A stretch of DNA of 64,000 bases. It comes from Vicugna vicugna. Taxonomy: Eukaryota. Below are positions 26,559 to 40,460 of this stretch, in pieces. Location of the stretch: assembly GCA_013265495.1 (NCBI GenBank), contig MU058252.1, forward strand, positions 1-64,000, in the 5' to 3' direction. Each line of letters begins with the position of its first letter. Position 1 is the stretch's first letter. A program made the translations under genes and the position numbers. Under the pieces are notes generated by a model. The model had not been told where the DNA came from. It did no database searches and worked only from the letters and a program-made list of their open reading frames with translations.

Positions 26559-27839
26559 TTCAAGAGTAATAGATGCAATGCTAATAAATTAATTTACATT
26601 AAGTGATTCCACTGTATTTTCCATTTCCAATTCATATTCTAGAAGCAAACACAACTTAAAAGCAAGGGAACAAGCTAAAGGTCAAGATCAGTGTGTATCA
26701 TGCACATGTTTACACTCAGAGCCAGACCTTGATGATGATTCATTTATTCCTGAAAGTCTTAAGACTAAGAACTTATGAAGGACACTAAGTGGTTTGAAAT
26801 TAATAACAGAATTCTGTCTTAGATATTATACAATAACAAAATGTGAAGATCTTTCAATCTCCTCTCTTCAATCTCCTACTTTTTGTGATGTATTATTTTT
26901 ACATCTTCCAGGTGTAGAATGTTAATATTTTGTTATGAAACCACCATTTCTACTGTTTCCATGCTGCTTGTGGAAAACTGGGAAACTAGCCTTACTTCCT
27001 CCCCAGTTCACTATTTCTTTTTTCTTGGATAACTTCAGAATTCTTTGTGCTTGGACCATGATATGTTATACTAAATGAGAATTCGGTGTTGAGTATTTTG
27101 TATCAAGTTTCCAGGGAACGAAATGTGGTCTTTTGTACTAATGAGTCAGATTTCTGTTTGTGTGTTTGTTTGTTTTCCCAGTTCAGGGAAATTCTTTTTT
27201 TTCTTTTTCTTTATTGTATTATACTTCTTGAGTTGCATTTATCTATTTGTTTACCTGAGCAACACCACTCATTTTTAAGTTGGATTTGTTGGTGGTCCTA
27301 TTCATTTTTTAGTTTTTCTCTAACTGTTGTATCTTCTGGTCTTTCAGATTTGCATTTGTTGCGTTTGTTATTAAGCTTATTAAAATTTACTTTTGAGGTA
27401 TACCTTTTCTGACCCCTTTGTTTCAAACTCATTTCTTGGTCCTGTAATGATAATGCTTTTCATCTTCAATTCGTTTCTTTGGGTCTGCATTTTCTTCTCA
27501 TTCTTTGTTCTACCATCTCTATCTACCAACACTATTCTAGTGTTTTATAGCGCAAAGCACTTGTGGGAATGTTCCCTACTTTGGGTTACTTTTCCGTGGT
27601 TGGATTGTATTTTATGTATTCAGATACAGGTATGTGTAGAGAGACGTGTGTGCACATGTGTACATTTTGTTTAACTTCTTCCCTTTTCATTTTTGAGTGG
27701 TGTTTGCCCTGTTGATGCATTAGGTTTTTTCACCTTGATAATTTTCTGTTTTCTATTATATAGTATTGTGGTCTGTTTACCTCTCAGTCCTACGGTTCTA
27801 TAGCCATTGCTATAATCACTGCATTAATCATGGTTTAAA

Positions 27840-28590
27840 AATTATTTTATTTTACTGTGGTAAGAACACTTATGATGAAATCTACCCATAAAACAGTTTG
27901 GAAGTGCCTCAAAAATTAAAATTAGAAGTACTGTATGATCCAGTAATTCCACTTCTGGGCATTTATCCAAAAAATGGGAATCAGGGTCTTGAAGAAATAT
28001 TAGCACTTCCATGTTCATTCCAGCACTATTCAAAATTGCCAAGATGTGGAAACAGTTTGAATGTCCATCAACCGATGAAACTATTTCAAAAAATTGCAGG
28101 GAAAGGAACATTTCTGAACTTACTCTATGAGGCCACCATCACCCTGATATCAAAACCAGAAAAAGATATAAGAAAAAAAATTACAGGCCAATAAAACCCA
28201 TGAATATAGTTGCAAAAATCCTCAATATAATACTAGCAAATCAACTCCAATGATGCATTAAAAAGATCATATACCATGATCAAGTGGGGTTTATCCCAGA
28301 GATGCAAGGATTTTTCAGTATCCCCAAGTCAATCAATGTGATACGCCACATTAACAAATTGAAGAATAAAAACCACATGATCATTTCAATAGATGCAGAA
28401 AAAGCTTTTGATAAAAATCAGCATTCATTTATGATGAAGTGCTTGCTTTGTGGGCCAACATGTGGTCTTGTTCCTGATCTTAGTGGGAATGCTTTCAGCA
28501 TTTTGCCGTTAAGTATGATGTTAGCTGTGGGTTTGTCACACATGGCCTTTATTATGTTGAAGTATGTTCTAGAGAGTTTTCATCATGGTC
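27840..28590. mobile_element. Mosaic of L1 fragments in mixed orientation
   Basis: The ORF track shows [23 protein letters not shown] and [23 protein letters not shown] pieces, plus a minus-strand piece at ~28460-28590. Confidence 0.75.
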
Positions 28591-29486
28591 TATTTCAATT
28601 TTATATCTCTACCGGGGTCAATATTGGTGAGCTGCATTTACCTACAATAGGTATATGTAATTTTAAATTTAGACATTAGTGGATCTATTTTCTCACCTAA
28701 TGTAGATTACCTTCTAAATATTAAGCCAGAAGACCATCAAGCTAACTTCAAACATTTTTTGTTACTATAGATTATAAAGGACCCATTATTGTTTCTAAAT
28801 ATTAAAGTATTTTTAGAATAATGACATCAAATTTATCTTCCTTTCTTTGAGAAGATAAGATTTTGTGCAGTTTGAGAAGATAAGATTAAGTGTGCTCTCT
28901 GTAGCATACACAAATATGAAGACAGTTTTCACATGTCTCACCAAATGGACTTTTTTCCTTCTGTGTTGAGAGTCCCCAGAGCAGGGCAGCTGCACAAAAT
29001 AAGATAACAGTTGTGCTCCCTCTTCTGTCTACCCGAGTAATGATTTTCTTTTTGTTTGTGTCCAGATTGTTAGTGCTTTTTAATGAACACTCTTTCATAG
29101 GATGAATGCTAACTGCTTCCACCAAAATCCCTCAGATTTCATATCTTAAAAAACAAACTTGGATCTGTTTAGAATAAAGTATATGTTACACAAATGGAAA
29201 AAATAGTAAAATACCAGAATTTAAAACTGCAAACACTGTTTTCATCACAGCAATATAAGAAGAGGATGTGATGGGAACTATAATAGTAAGTAGAAGATAT
29301 CAGAGGGTATATCCTAAGTGAAATAAAACTTCACCTGCCTTAGAAGACTTTGAATGATTTATATATTCAGGAGTGTAAGAAAGAAAGAAGTGTTGGGAAT
29401 GGTTTCAGTGTTATCTAAATACATTTTTTCCTTTTCTTTGTAAATCATAGTTGAGTTGCCTACACTCCACAGCCTCTGATGTGAAC

Positions 29487-30380
29487 ATGGCTGCCCTCCT
29501 AGATAACACTCTGAGGATTGTGCTGGTGGGGAAGACCGGCAGTGGGAAAAGTGCCACAGCAAATACCATCCTCGGGAGAAAACAATTCGAATCTAAGGTT
29601 TCTGCCCACGCTGTCACCAAGAGATGTCAGACAGCTTCCCGGACATGGAAGGGGAGAGAACTTCTTGTTGTTGACACCCCGGGGCTCTTTGACACCAAGG
29701 ACAGCCTGGACATCACCTGCAGGGAAATCAGCCGATGTGTCCTCCGGTCCTGCCCCGGGCCTCACGCCATCATCTTGGTTCTGCCACTGGGCCGCCACAC
29801 AGATGAGGAGCAGAAAACCGTGGACTTGATCAAGGCTGTGTTTGGGGACTCAGCCAAGAAGTACATGATGATCTTGTTCACACGCAAAGATGATCTGGAG
29901 GACCAGAGCCTAAGCAACTTTATAGCAGATGCGGATGGGAAGCTAAAGAGCCTCATTCAGGAGTGTGGAGACCGCTACTGTGCCTTCAGTAACAACCACA
30001 AAACAGCCCAGGCTGAGAAGGAAGCCCAGGTGCAGGAGCTGGTGGAGCTGATAGAGAAAATGGTGCAGAGCAATGATGGGACCTACTTTTCTGACGCCAT
30101 ATACAGGGAGACAGAGGAAAGGCTGAGAAAGAAGGAAGAAGTCCTGAAGAAAATCTATGCTGATCAATTAGAAAAAGCAATCCAAAAAGTGGAAAAGGAG
30201 TGTGTGGAGGCATGCAGTAAGTGTATACAGGAAAAAGAGAGAAAAATTAAATCACTCAGGATGGAATACAATGAAAAACTAAAAAATGTTAGGAAGGAGG
30301 CCCAAAAGAATATCTTTTGTCATATATTTGATGTAATTAGGAAGTTGCTTTCAAAAGTATCTCATTTGTTCAATAAATAA
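29487..30380 (+). CDS. GIMAP7: GIMAP7-family GTPase, 297 aa, single coding exon
   Basis: Acceptor ccacag| at 29472/29473 and ATG (aacATGG) at 29487. Encodes [61 protein letters not shown] and a C-terminal coiled-coil/amphipathic tail characteristic of the GIMAP7 group. TAA stop at 30378-30380. Orthology (human GIMAP7 versus rodent Gimap7) is not settled. Confidence 0.93.
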   Translation: MAALLDNTLRIVLVGKTGSGKSATANTILGRKQFESKVSAHAVTKRCQTASRTWKGRELLVVDTPGLFDTKDSLDITCREISRCVLRSCPGPHAIILVLPLGRHTDEEQKTVDLIKAVFGDSAKKYMMILFTRKDDLEDQSLSNFIADADGKLKSLIQECGDRYCAFSNNHKTAQAEKEAQVQELVELIEKMVQSNDGTYFSDAIYRETEERLRKKEEVLKKIYADQLEKAIQKVEKECVEACSKCIQEKERKIKSLRMEYNEKLKNVRKEAQKNIFCHIFDVIRKLLSKVSHLFNK

Positions 30381-30587
30381 CTTTTTTTCTCAATTTACTG
30401 TGATTAGTTAAGTATGTCTCCAGCTCACTCCCTACCACTCTCTTTGCTTGCCCCTCCCCACAACACCAAAAATTTAAGAAATTTCAAAATTACTCTGTTT
30501 GAGAGTTAGTTCATTGTACATAGTTTAAAGGTACAAATGTAAGAAATAGCTATATATCAAAGTAGATTAGAAAAACAAATTGCTTCT

Positions 30588-30735
30588 GCAGAGCACAGGG
30601 AACTATATTCATGTAGTAACCTTTAATGAAAAAGAATATAAACATGAATATATGTATATGTATGACTGAAACATTAAGCTGTACACCAGAAATTGACACA
30701 ACATTGTAACTGACTATACTTAAATTTTTTTAAAA
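30588..30735 (+). mobile_element. Short L1 3' end fragment downstream of the GIMAP7-like stop
   Basis: AGCACAGGGAACTATATTC...GAAATTGACACAACATTGTAA is shared with other L1 3' ends in the window. Confidence 0.7.
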
Positions 30736-30873
30736 AGTAAGGAATTTCAAGGCTGAAATGCATCCTCTGTTGATTGTTAGCACCACCTGCAAAGCACATT
30801 ACCCTGGTTCCTTGTGAGAATTTTGTAACTGTCAATAAAGCACCCAATTGCCTCAGCAGCATTGCTGTCTGCT

Positions 30874-30962
30874 TTGTGAGAGATGAGATAATAAACATTT
30901 GTCGTTTTAAGCCACTAGGTTTTTGGGGTAATTTGTTACACAGCAGTAGATAACAAATACAA
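30874..30962 (+). mobile_element. MLT1 (MaLR) LTR 3' end
   Basis: ATAAACATTTGTCGTTTTAAGCCACTAGG...TTTGTTACACAGCAGTAGATAAC is a typical MLT1 end. Confidence 0.65.
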
Positions 30963-33900
30963 GATGTATGTTTATTTATGTATATATACTATATATTTCT
31001 TTAAACACTGGTCACTGTGCTTGCCACTGGGGAAGGGAACTTAAGATTCTGGGGATCAAGGGTAGGAGGAAACTTACTTTTTACTATAGACCCTTTGATC
31101 TATTTCAGTATAGTTTATTTAACAAATGAACAGAAAGACAAACAATAACATTTTTAATATCCTCCAATAAACAATAATTCCAATGGCCCATTTCAAAAAA
31201 AAAATGGCCAAGTCTCTTATTTTTCTTCTCTCTCCTTTTCTAAGTGTGAACTAAAAATTTCCCTGCCTTTAAATTAAAATAGCTCTGTGTTAGCAGTGTT
31301 CTGTATTTCCCCCTGAGAATCCACTCTCTTCCCTTTTTGGTCAGGGACCACATTGGTCCAGTGTCCTTTGACTCCTACTTGAGTCCCCACAGAGGGGAGG
31401 TCAGCAGAAGATGTGTGGGAGCCAGAGAATTAGATGAAGGAATTTATCTCCTAGATCTCTCTCTGCCTAGTTGGATCTGACCAGCTGCCACCTCCAATCA
31501 AAGGTCCAGCCACAGGCATCAGTGGCTCTCAAAGCTCAGGTTTTATTAGTAAAATACGCCTGTGTAGGAAACTTGTCATGCCAAGCCTATGGTATGTCTG
31601 CAGCAAAACTTTTGACTGTTTCCAGGGATCACAACTTGACCTGAGAATGAATTTTAGTTTTCCAACATGCCCCAATTGGGTGATTAGAGTAATGGGCAAA
31701 CTATAATAGGTAGCCATAAAATAAAGAGACTAATTTTCTTTTAGGATTCCTAATCCTAAAGGCAATGCCACTAGAGGGGTTCCAGATATATTGTGAGAAG
31801 GCAAAAAAGTGTTAAAACAAGTGCCTTAGCTAAAAGGGGGCAAATTTGAGCAATGGTAATAAATTGACAAAACAAAACAAAACTTTGTTAAAATAAAGCA
31901 GTTGCTGAATATGGATGCATAATTGCTGGTATGTTTCTTAAAACATTGGTCTTGTTTACAATAGGTCTATATATGTATAGAAAAATTTAAAGGAATCAAA
32001 TATTTAGAGGACACAATTTGGTAAATAGGAAGAAACTGTTTCTTCTTATGGGATTAATAGGGCCATTGCTTTATCTTTGTTACCTGAAATTCTATAGTTT
32101 ATTTATCTTTTTAAATTATCTATCCATCTGTATTTTCAAATTTATTGACAAATTTATTCATAAAATTCTCTTAAAATTTAAAAATATTTTAATATATAGT
32201 GATATTTGTTTTTTAATGCCTAGTATTTTTATTGTGCTCACTCTTTTTTATTTTGATCAGTCTTAGTAGAACTTTATTTAGTCAAAGTATAAGCTTTAGC
32301 TTTTAAATTTGATATACTCGTTCGTGCTCTTTTACATTTCATTGATTTCTTTTCCTAAATATATTATTTTCTTTCCTTTCTTCTGTGTTCTTTGGTTTTA
32401 CTCCCATTCCTTTTTTTTTTGACTGTTTATTTTCAAGTGTACATTTTTAAGATTATGAATTTTCCTCTAAATACTGCTGTAGCTTAGTCCATAAATTTTT
32501 ATTGTTTCATTGTTATTCAGCTCTAAATATAGTTTTATTCATCAAGAGAATAGCAAACTGTCAGCTCTGATTTCTCACAAAACAGGAAGTCCCTCTACTC
32601 CATTTTCAGATGCATCTTTAAAATTCCAATGAAAAGTTTATAAATTGGCAGGAAACATAAAGGTAGTTTACGGATATACACAGGGTGTGAAGGGGTGGGG
32701 GAGGCACAGGCTGGGGTGGAGGCACTGGTTTATTCACACACAGCACTTACTTGAATTTCACAGGTGTTCTAACTGGAGTTGTCTCCCTTCAGCCTTTCCT
32801 GCAGGGCCAGAGCAGCGTGCTATACAGAAAGGCAGAGAAGGGGGAGTTCAGTATGAGGTTCTCAGGGCCACCAGCAGACCCCTGCTCCCCAAAGGACCAT
32901 CTCCTGCCTTTTCACCTCGCCCATCCCTGTGATATAGGCCAGCTACCTGGTTTCCTCCTGCTACCCTCCCCCAGCCCCTGATTTCTGTTCCACTCATTCT
33001 GGGCCCTCACATATATTACTGCTTTGTTTTATCCTCTCTTTATGTCCTCTGGATGAAACTCATCCACCCAGTTAGACTGAGATCTTCTCTTACAAACACT
33101 GCAACACAGAGCTGAACACATAGAAGGTGCCCATGAAGAGCTGTATGAAAGAATGAGATAAGATGGAATAAAATGGAAAGGAGAGGGCTAGGGTGGGATT
33201 GGCAGAGCCAGTCCTGCCTGTGAGGCATGACCTTACGCTGACTACTGCAGGGAGCAACTTTCTCTGTGTTTGACACCATGGCCTTATGTCCTTTATGAGG
33301 CATAAACTTGCCAGCAAAGTGTAGCCATGGGCAAAAAACTGTGAGGTGAGAAATGGTGGTCCTATTTTTGGGATTGCTCCCACTGCATCCATGCCCCATC
33401 CCTCCCACTTTACAATCTAACCGGGACCCCTCTCCTGACACAATCTCCTAGGCCTCCTCTCCCCTCACTGCTCCAGTTCCCCAGGGCTTCTGGAACTGGC
33501 ATTTGAGTCATGTATCCAAGATTTTCTGGCCAAATCCTCAGGCCCTCAGGACCAGGCTCCCTCTACCTCCCAGAGCCACCTTGTTCTCAGGAAGTCTGCC
33601 TCAAGTGTGCTAAGAAGACACCAGCAATGGTTTCCATGCTCTTTCTCTTTGGCAACCAAGACACCAAAAGAGAGCTTGTGAGCTCTGCACCTTCAGTGGT
33701 GGAGAGTAGCAGATGAGACATTGCCATCAGGAATAGAAGCACAGAAAGGAGGATGAAAAGATAAGCCAGAAGTTCTAAAGAGCTCCCCCATGAACTATCC
33801 CACAGGCCAGGATGTGGGAGTTCTCACTGCGTGGCCATAGCACACATTCTAGTCCTATTCCATGATCAATGGTATTCTCTTGATTTCCAAAAAGTTTCTT

Positions 33901-34294
33901 CTAATTTTGGTTATTTTCTTTGGGTGTTGAAATCCACAAATTGCCATGTTTCAAAAGATAGTGACGGTGGCAATGAATTATCAACAATGTTACCATCATC
34001 ATCGTTATCACCTTCCTATTTATTCTCCTCCAGGAAGAAATTTGTATTTTTGAAAATTGTATTATCTCCATTGTTTTCATTGCTCTTGCAAGATCCCTGT
34101 TATATGGTTCAATTAGATACTAAAATTTCTGTTAAAATATTAGGAATCTGAGGTTTGAGTGATGTATTAATGTCACACAGTTATGAAGTTGACATATAGT
34201 CCAGGTTTCTATTTTTCATATGTTCTCCTTAATTCTCCAGGGGAAAAAAACCCTATTATTTCAAATAATATTTGCCATGAGACCTTTTGAGGCC

Positions 34295-34900
34295 AGGAAA
34301 CAAAATGATATTGCCAAGCTAGAACCCTGCACTAAAACCAGCTGGATAATTATTTTGAAAATTCTTAAACGATACGTTTTCCAAAAATAAATTTAGATGA
34401 ACAGACTGGAGGTGTTGTTAATAGGATATTTTCAGTATGACATAATCCAGAGCTTTTCAGTGAGCTAAAACTCAAGGTGAACCAATGATGCAAAATCATT
34501 CATGATGATACAAAAGCTCTCATCAAAAATAAGCCCTTTTAACTCAGGATTTCTTATCACAAATCCAGATCTGACAGAAAATAATACTCCTAACTCTTTG
34601 AGTTGACCAGACCACATGTAGAAATAGATGGCCAATTCCAGGGATTAGATCTTGGGTGGTATTGATACTTTGGAGAGTTCAGGGGAGAATAGCTAGAAAT
34701 ATTTTTAAAGTGTGTAAAATAATTAGACAGAAAATAATGAAGGAACTGAATAAAAGTTTCAAGAAGACACTTGGCAGTTATGCAGATCTGAAGAAATTTG
34801 CTGTCTGTTGACGTGCAAAGTAGAAAACAGGCATATGGGCACATATTTCAACACTTCTTCACCATAAAGGAAAATCTAAATAAGGTGTTCAAAATGGAAG
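34295..34900 (+). mobile_element. Ancient CR1/L3 LINE fragment
   Basis: CAAAATGATATTGCCAAGCTAGA and CCAGATCTGACAGAAAATAATACTCC...GACCAGACCACATGTAGA resemble the 3' region of the L3/CR1 consensus as I recall it. Confidence 0.55.
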
Positions 34901-36519
34901 AGGGTACCATCACTGAGAGAAGGTTACAGTTTGACCAGAGACCTTATAAAGCTTGATGATTTTAACCATGTGTAAAATGAGGTAGGGCTTGCATAGAAGA
35001 ATTCTATAAATGAATGCTAATTTGCTTTCCCATTTTATAATTTATAATTCTGATTTCAGACTAGCAGTAAGTCATCTATATTATTAGGACAACATAGGAT
35101 TTCTGCAGGATTTGAAAGCCAAATTTTTAATCTGCTCTCTTCACCATCAAATGTGTCTCTTCTGCAAATCTGCTCTGGTACTTATATTTTTAGCTCTTGA
35201 GAATCACTCATGTAGGGTTTTATTAATTAATGACTCCATAAAACCCCTGGTTTAATATATGTTAAATATTTACTAACACATTGAGGCATGGTTGTAGGGA
35301 ATAAGGCACGGGATCTGAGAGGGAGAAAGGAATGGGCCTGAGAAAGTGTTAGGCACATGAGGAGGCCAGGTTTGCACTTCTGTGCTAAGTGATAGGAGAA
35401 CCATCCCACCCACATGGCCCTAAGGAGATCATATGAAGGCAGTACCCCCTCAAGTCAAACTTGAGATGCAGGGTTGAAGGTTGAGTAGTGAGATGCTGAA
35501 TGGGGGAATTTGTGCAGTATAGCCCCACTTGACTATAAAGGATTCTGTTTTCTGGTCTTCTAGTGGTATTTGCCCAGTTTTGCCCATATTCTCAGTATTT
35601 GCCTATTTTTGCACTGTGTTATTTCGTGAGGTTTAATTGGGAAATGGAAAGGACAATTAATATTTTTAAATGGTTAAACTAGAACAAGAATTTTTAAAAA
35701 CATACCAAAGAAACAGTTATTTTCCAAATTTCCAGTAAGCAGTAATCTCCTAGAAACAGGGCTGACAGATTCCATCACAACATGAACAGTTGTGCACATT
35801 CAACAAACTATGCCCACCTGTTTAGCCTACTTGTCTACAACCTAAGCTCTGGCCCTTCTAGTTACACGTTCAGCTCAGGCTGACAGGCAGAATGAGGGTA
35901 GAAGAACTCGTTCCAAGTAAATGGTCATTTATTTGCTCCAGAGAGAGTCCAAAATGCTCATTGCTGTGCCTTCTCTGACTGAGGCCCTGGTGTGAGTTTG
36001 GAGACTCAGAGGAAGACACTCCTGCTTCACCCTCAGGCCAGCACCAGCCTGAGAGGGTCTTCAGACAGTTACACCATCTGTAAGTAGTAGCAGATTTGTT
36101 TTTTTCTTCTCTAAATGGTATGACTAATTTTTCTTGTCTTATTGCTTTGGCTAAGACAGCTAGTGTAATATTGGATAAAGGTGGTGGTACAGGATATCCT
36201 TGCTGACTTTCAAGGGAAAACTTCAGGTGTTTCAGTATTAAACTATAAGCATGGGCTTTGATTTTGTTTCTTTTCTTTTCTTTTTTCTGTGTTCTGCCTT
36301 TTAGATTAGATTACTTAATTGTTTTAATCTCCCTTTATGCTGCAAATTATAGGTTATATTTTTATTCTCTTAAAGTTTACTCTTTAATTTTAAATATATA
36401 GATATATAAACTTATTAAGAATTGAAGTTAATCAATAATGCTTTGCTTCTTTTAATCAAAAGATATTCTTAGGTCACTTGGAGATCTTGGGTGTTATTCT
36501 TTTTTTGTTTGTTTGTTGC

Positions 36520-37190
36520 TCTTTGTTTATTTTTTCTTTTTTTATTACAGTATAGTTGATTTACAGTATTGTTAATTTCAGGTATACAGCAAAGTGATTC
36601 AGTGATATATTTTTTCAGATTATTTTCCATTATAGTTTATTACAAGATACTGAATACAGTTCCCTGTGCTATACAGCAAATCCTTGTTGTTTGTCTGTTT
36701 TATATATAGTAGTTTGTATCTGTTAATTCCATACTCATAATATATTCCTCTCCACTCTCTTTCTCCTTTAGTAAACATAAGTTTGTTTTCTATGTCTGTG
36801 AGTCTGTTTCTGTCTTGTATATAGATTCATTTGTATTATTTTTGAGATTCCACATGTAAGTGATATCATATAATATTTGTCTTTCTCTATCTGACTTACT
36901 TCTCTTTGTATGATAATCTCTAGCATCCACATTGTTGCAAATGGCAATATTTCATTCATTTTATGGCTGAGTAATATTCCATTGTGTGTGCATATATGTG
37001 TGTGAGTATATATGTATACAACATCTTCTTAAATCAATTGTCTGTAGATGGGCATATGGGCTGTTTCTATGTCTAAGCTATTATAACTAGTGTTGCCATG
37101 AACATTGAACATTAGGGTGTTTTCATCTTTTCTGAATATATGCTCATAAGCGGGAATCCCAAATCATATGGTAACTATTTGTTCCATATT
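36520..37190 (-). mobile_element. 5'-truncated L1 3' end
   Basis: T-rich tail, then L1 3'UTR and ORF2 end (NEILPFATMW...EVSQIEKDKY). Confidence 0.85.
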
Positions 37191-37456
37191 GAGATGTATT
37201 TTTGTTGTGTTTGTTGGAAGAGATGAGCTCCACAGTTTCCTACTCTGTCATCTTGATCCCCCTCGTTGGGTGTCATTCTTGACTTGGGGAGAAAAACTGT
37301 TCTGTGAGATCTCCACATTGAGATCAGATCTCTCCATGGTGAGACCTCTCTTCATCCCTGCTCACCTGCTTTCTCTCATTCTGAGCACTGTCTCATGGAC
37401 AGGGTCGGGCACATGACACAACATTCTAACTCTCTCCTGTGAAGTGACCATAACAT

Positions 37457-38090
37457 TATGTGACAGGAAAGACAAATGATAGAGGAGGTGAGATAGAAAA
37501 CAGCTGTGGCAAAGACAAGAGGCAGTGTGGCTGCATACACAGGTCGATTGCCAGCAGTCTTGTTCCTACAGCAGTTCTGGTAACTGGTCTAACCTCAATT
37601 GTACACACAGACTTTCCGGGGACTTGCTGAGATGCACATGAACAAAACCTCATATCACACTGTTAAAGTGAAAAACAACCAGAAACCAGGCTTGGAAACT
37701 CCCTGAGTAGATAAAACCAGTAGTGATACAAAGCTTAATTTAGCTAATTTTGCAAGACTAACGAACTGGGCCATTTCTTGCTTATGCTTCTGGAAACCAT
37801 AAGCAAAAATTAAACTTCCCCAAAACTGATATGAGATAATCACTAACAAATTCCCTATCATTTAAGAAAATCCTAATATTCTAGCCTATTGCTATAAAGA
37901 ATAAATAGTCACTGCCTTGTCATTACCTCAGCTGCTATGTGAAAACATAGTCCTGAGCTTCTCCCATGGTTTGATCTGAGTGCTCCCAGCTTGCAAACTA
38001 TATTTTTGGTGAGTGCAAGATAATCTTTTACTGCTTACTACTTCAGTGGTTCATTGGTTTTACTTCTGTTATTTCTGACCTTTTGATAAT
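37457..38090 (+). mobile_element. Possible solo LTR
   Basis: Starts TGTGACAGG and has a TATAAA near 37894 followed by AATAAA. The family is not recognised. Confidence 0.3.
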
Positions 38091-39488
38091 ATCTAATTAA
38101 GGGTACAAACTTTAGAGGGTGATGGAGAACCCGTCATCAAACAAACTGCCAAGGGGAGAAATGGAGACCTTGGAAGACTTGGTCCCAACCCTGTGTTGAG
38201 CCCTTGGAAGAGGGGACATCACTGAATGTTGATCTTTCTATTACTGTTCAGTATCTCCTAGACGGAGTTTGCTCCCGCTGCTGACAGAGGAAAGGTAAGA
38301 ATTCAGGGGCGTTTGAATGTATGTTCTGCTTTGCAGGGAGATGAGAAAAAGACCTGAAGTACCAGGAATGGGCTGTGCACTCCCTGCCTCCTTGATTATT
38401 TTGTGCTAAAAGGTAGATTAAGTTGACTTAATTTATCCTTAAATGTCTCCAACTCAACGCTCCTCTGATGAACATGGAGTCAAAATCCCAGGACCAGATG
38501 ACTTATACTGATATTTCTCTGCCAGAGCCCTTTGCTCCAAGCTTCCCAGTTTGTCACTGTCCCTCACTGGTCTGGTCACCCTCTAGGGTCTCCAAGCAGG
38601 GATGGCTAGCCCTCTGAACCAGCCCTGCAGGGTTACACCTGCATTCTGCCCAGCTCCTTGAGAATCGAGTCAGCCTCGTTGGGGTCTTGGGCTGCATTTT
38701 GAGCTCCTGGGTGAGCAGGGCTCTCATGCTCACAGGGTGAGGTCAGAAGCCCTGGGGAACTCTAAGGTCCCAGTAGGATGAGACCTTAGATCCTCTGCCA
38801 CAATCTTCACTTTATCTGTAAACAAGTGCCACTCAGAGGCTTTATGAGTCTTGCCCAGAAAGCACAGTGGCTTCCTGATGCCCAAAACCTTCATCTTCTG
38901 ACCCTCAGACTCGTGTTCTTTTCACTTCCTTGTGTCTTAACAGGAGGCACAAATGCTGAGGCAACATGAGAAAGTCCAACGCTGAGGGGGCTGACAGGGG
39001 GAAACCAGCAACACTGTGCTGATGGAAAATTTCTTAAGTCACTCATAGTCATAATTCGTACTGTGGTAATACTCAGGGGGACGATCTCATGTATTAATAG
39101 GGAGAGACAGAGATGACTTTAGGGGAAGGCTAAAAAAAAGTTCCTATATATTTTAATGCAGTAGAAAAGGGCTTTTAGAGTTAATACACTCCAATGGTTT
39201 GTTAACACCAATACAGTTCCCTAGGCAGGAATTCAAATTCCTGTCCCTGTGTGAGCATGTCTTAGGGTCAGGGGGCCACACTTACAGGGAAGAGGCTCTT
39301 GCAGTCCTCTCTGACCACCTTAGCCTAACAGTCTGCCTGCTCCCCAAAATGTCCTTCATCTCTTGGAAAAGGAAATCATTGCCCAGTGTCTAGATTAAAT
39401 TAACCTCTGAAGCAAATTCCTCCATAGAGGTGCTAATCCTCAGAAAGCAGGAGAGGCTGTGAACAGGTTGGGAGCTGAGGACCACGGG

Positions 39489-39510
39489 GTGTGTGTGTGT
39501 GTGTGTGTGT
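39489..39510. repeat. (GT)n microsatellite
   Basis: Directly visible. Confidence 0.9.
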
Positions 39511-39896
39511 ACTTTTGTGAGCAAGGTCTCTGAGGAGCAGCCTGTGCAGAGTCTACAGCAGCCTTTCCAGAAAAGCTAGTGCCTTTGCCCTCCTCCCTGT
39601 GACCTTCAGTTCTGGAATCTCTCAGGACCCCGAGCCAGGATCGAAAGGAAGGGTGTGTTCTTGTAAGGCTGCGTACTTTAGAATCCCTGACATAGTGGGG
39701 TACGGAACTGGGGTCAGGATTGTTTAAAAGACATTGTGCAAGAAAGAGAAAAAGGAAAGGAAGTGGGAGAGAGAGACGCAGACTAATACTGGGTAACACA
39801 TGGCTGGGGAAGTAAGAAAAAAAGAAGGAAGGGGGAGAAAAACGGGAGTTTGTGTAGCTAGATGGTAACTTCTCTCTTACCTCAGTTTCACTTCTT

Positions 39897-40151
39897 TTTT
39901 CCCTTTAACTGAAGCACAGTCCGTTACAGTGTGTCAGTTTCTGGTGTACAGCACAATGTCCCCGTCATGCATATACATACATAGATGCGTTTTCAAATTC
40001 TTTTTCATTAAAGGTTATTACAAGATATTGAACATAATTCCCTGTGCTATACAGAAGAAACTTTTAAAAAATCTATTTTTATATATAGTGGCTAACATTT
40101 GTAAATCTCAAACTCCCAAATTTACCCCTTCCCACCCCCTTTCCCCAGCAC
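39897..40151 (-). mobile_element. Short L1 3' end insertion
   Basis: L1 3'UTR similarity, with a 14-bp TSD CAGTTTCACTTCTT at 39883-39896 and 40152-40165. Confidence 0.8.
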
Positions 40152-40460
40152 CAGTTTCACTTCTTAAATGTGACCGTCATTTACTAAATTGAGGTTCCTG
40201 CAACCCAGCCTTATCATGTGTCTGTTGCTCAAGAGACCCTAACTATAGGTCAGTGTGTGCTTCCTGGCCTGGAATCGACAGATTTACATCAGGCTGCAGA
40301 CTTTCTATTTGGCTACCTTATAATGAGAGACAAGCGATAGGCTTGGGGTCCTGAAAGTTCCCTTCCAGGCACTGGCCTCACACTCATTCCCTGAGTAACG
40401 CTGGTCGGATTATTCAACTTTCTGAATAATGTTTTTACTTATTTTAAAATGGAGCGAATA

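Noticed and set aside
34720..34760. Resemblance of QKIMKELNK to the TRPC6 C-terminus (possible retrocopy)
   Set aside because: The similarity is under 30 bp and does not extend, and the flanks fit an L3/CR1 fragment better.
35709..35723. 15-bp identity AGAAACAGTTATTTT with 43097-43111
   Set aside because: It is AT-rich and the flanks do not align, so it is insufficient evidence for a duplicated enhancer.
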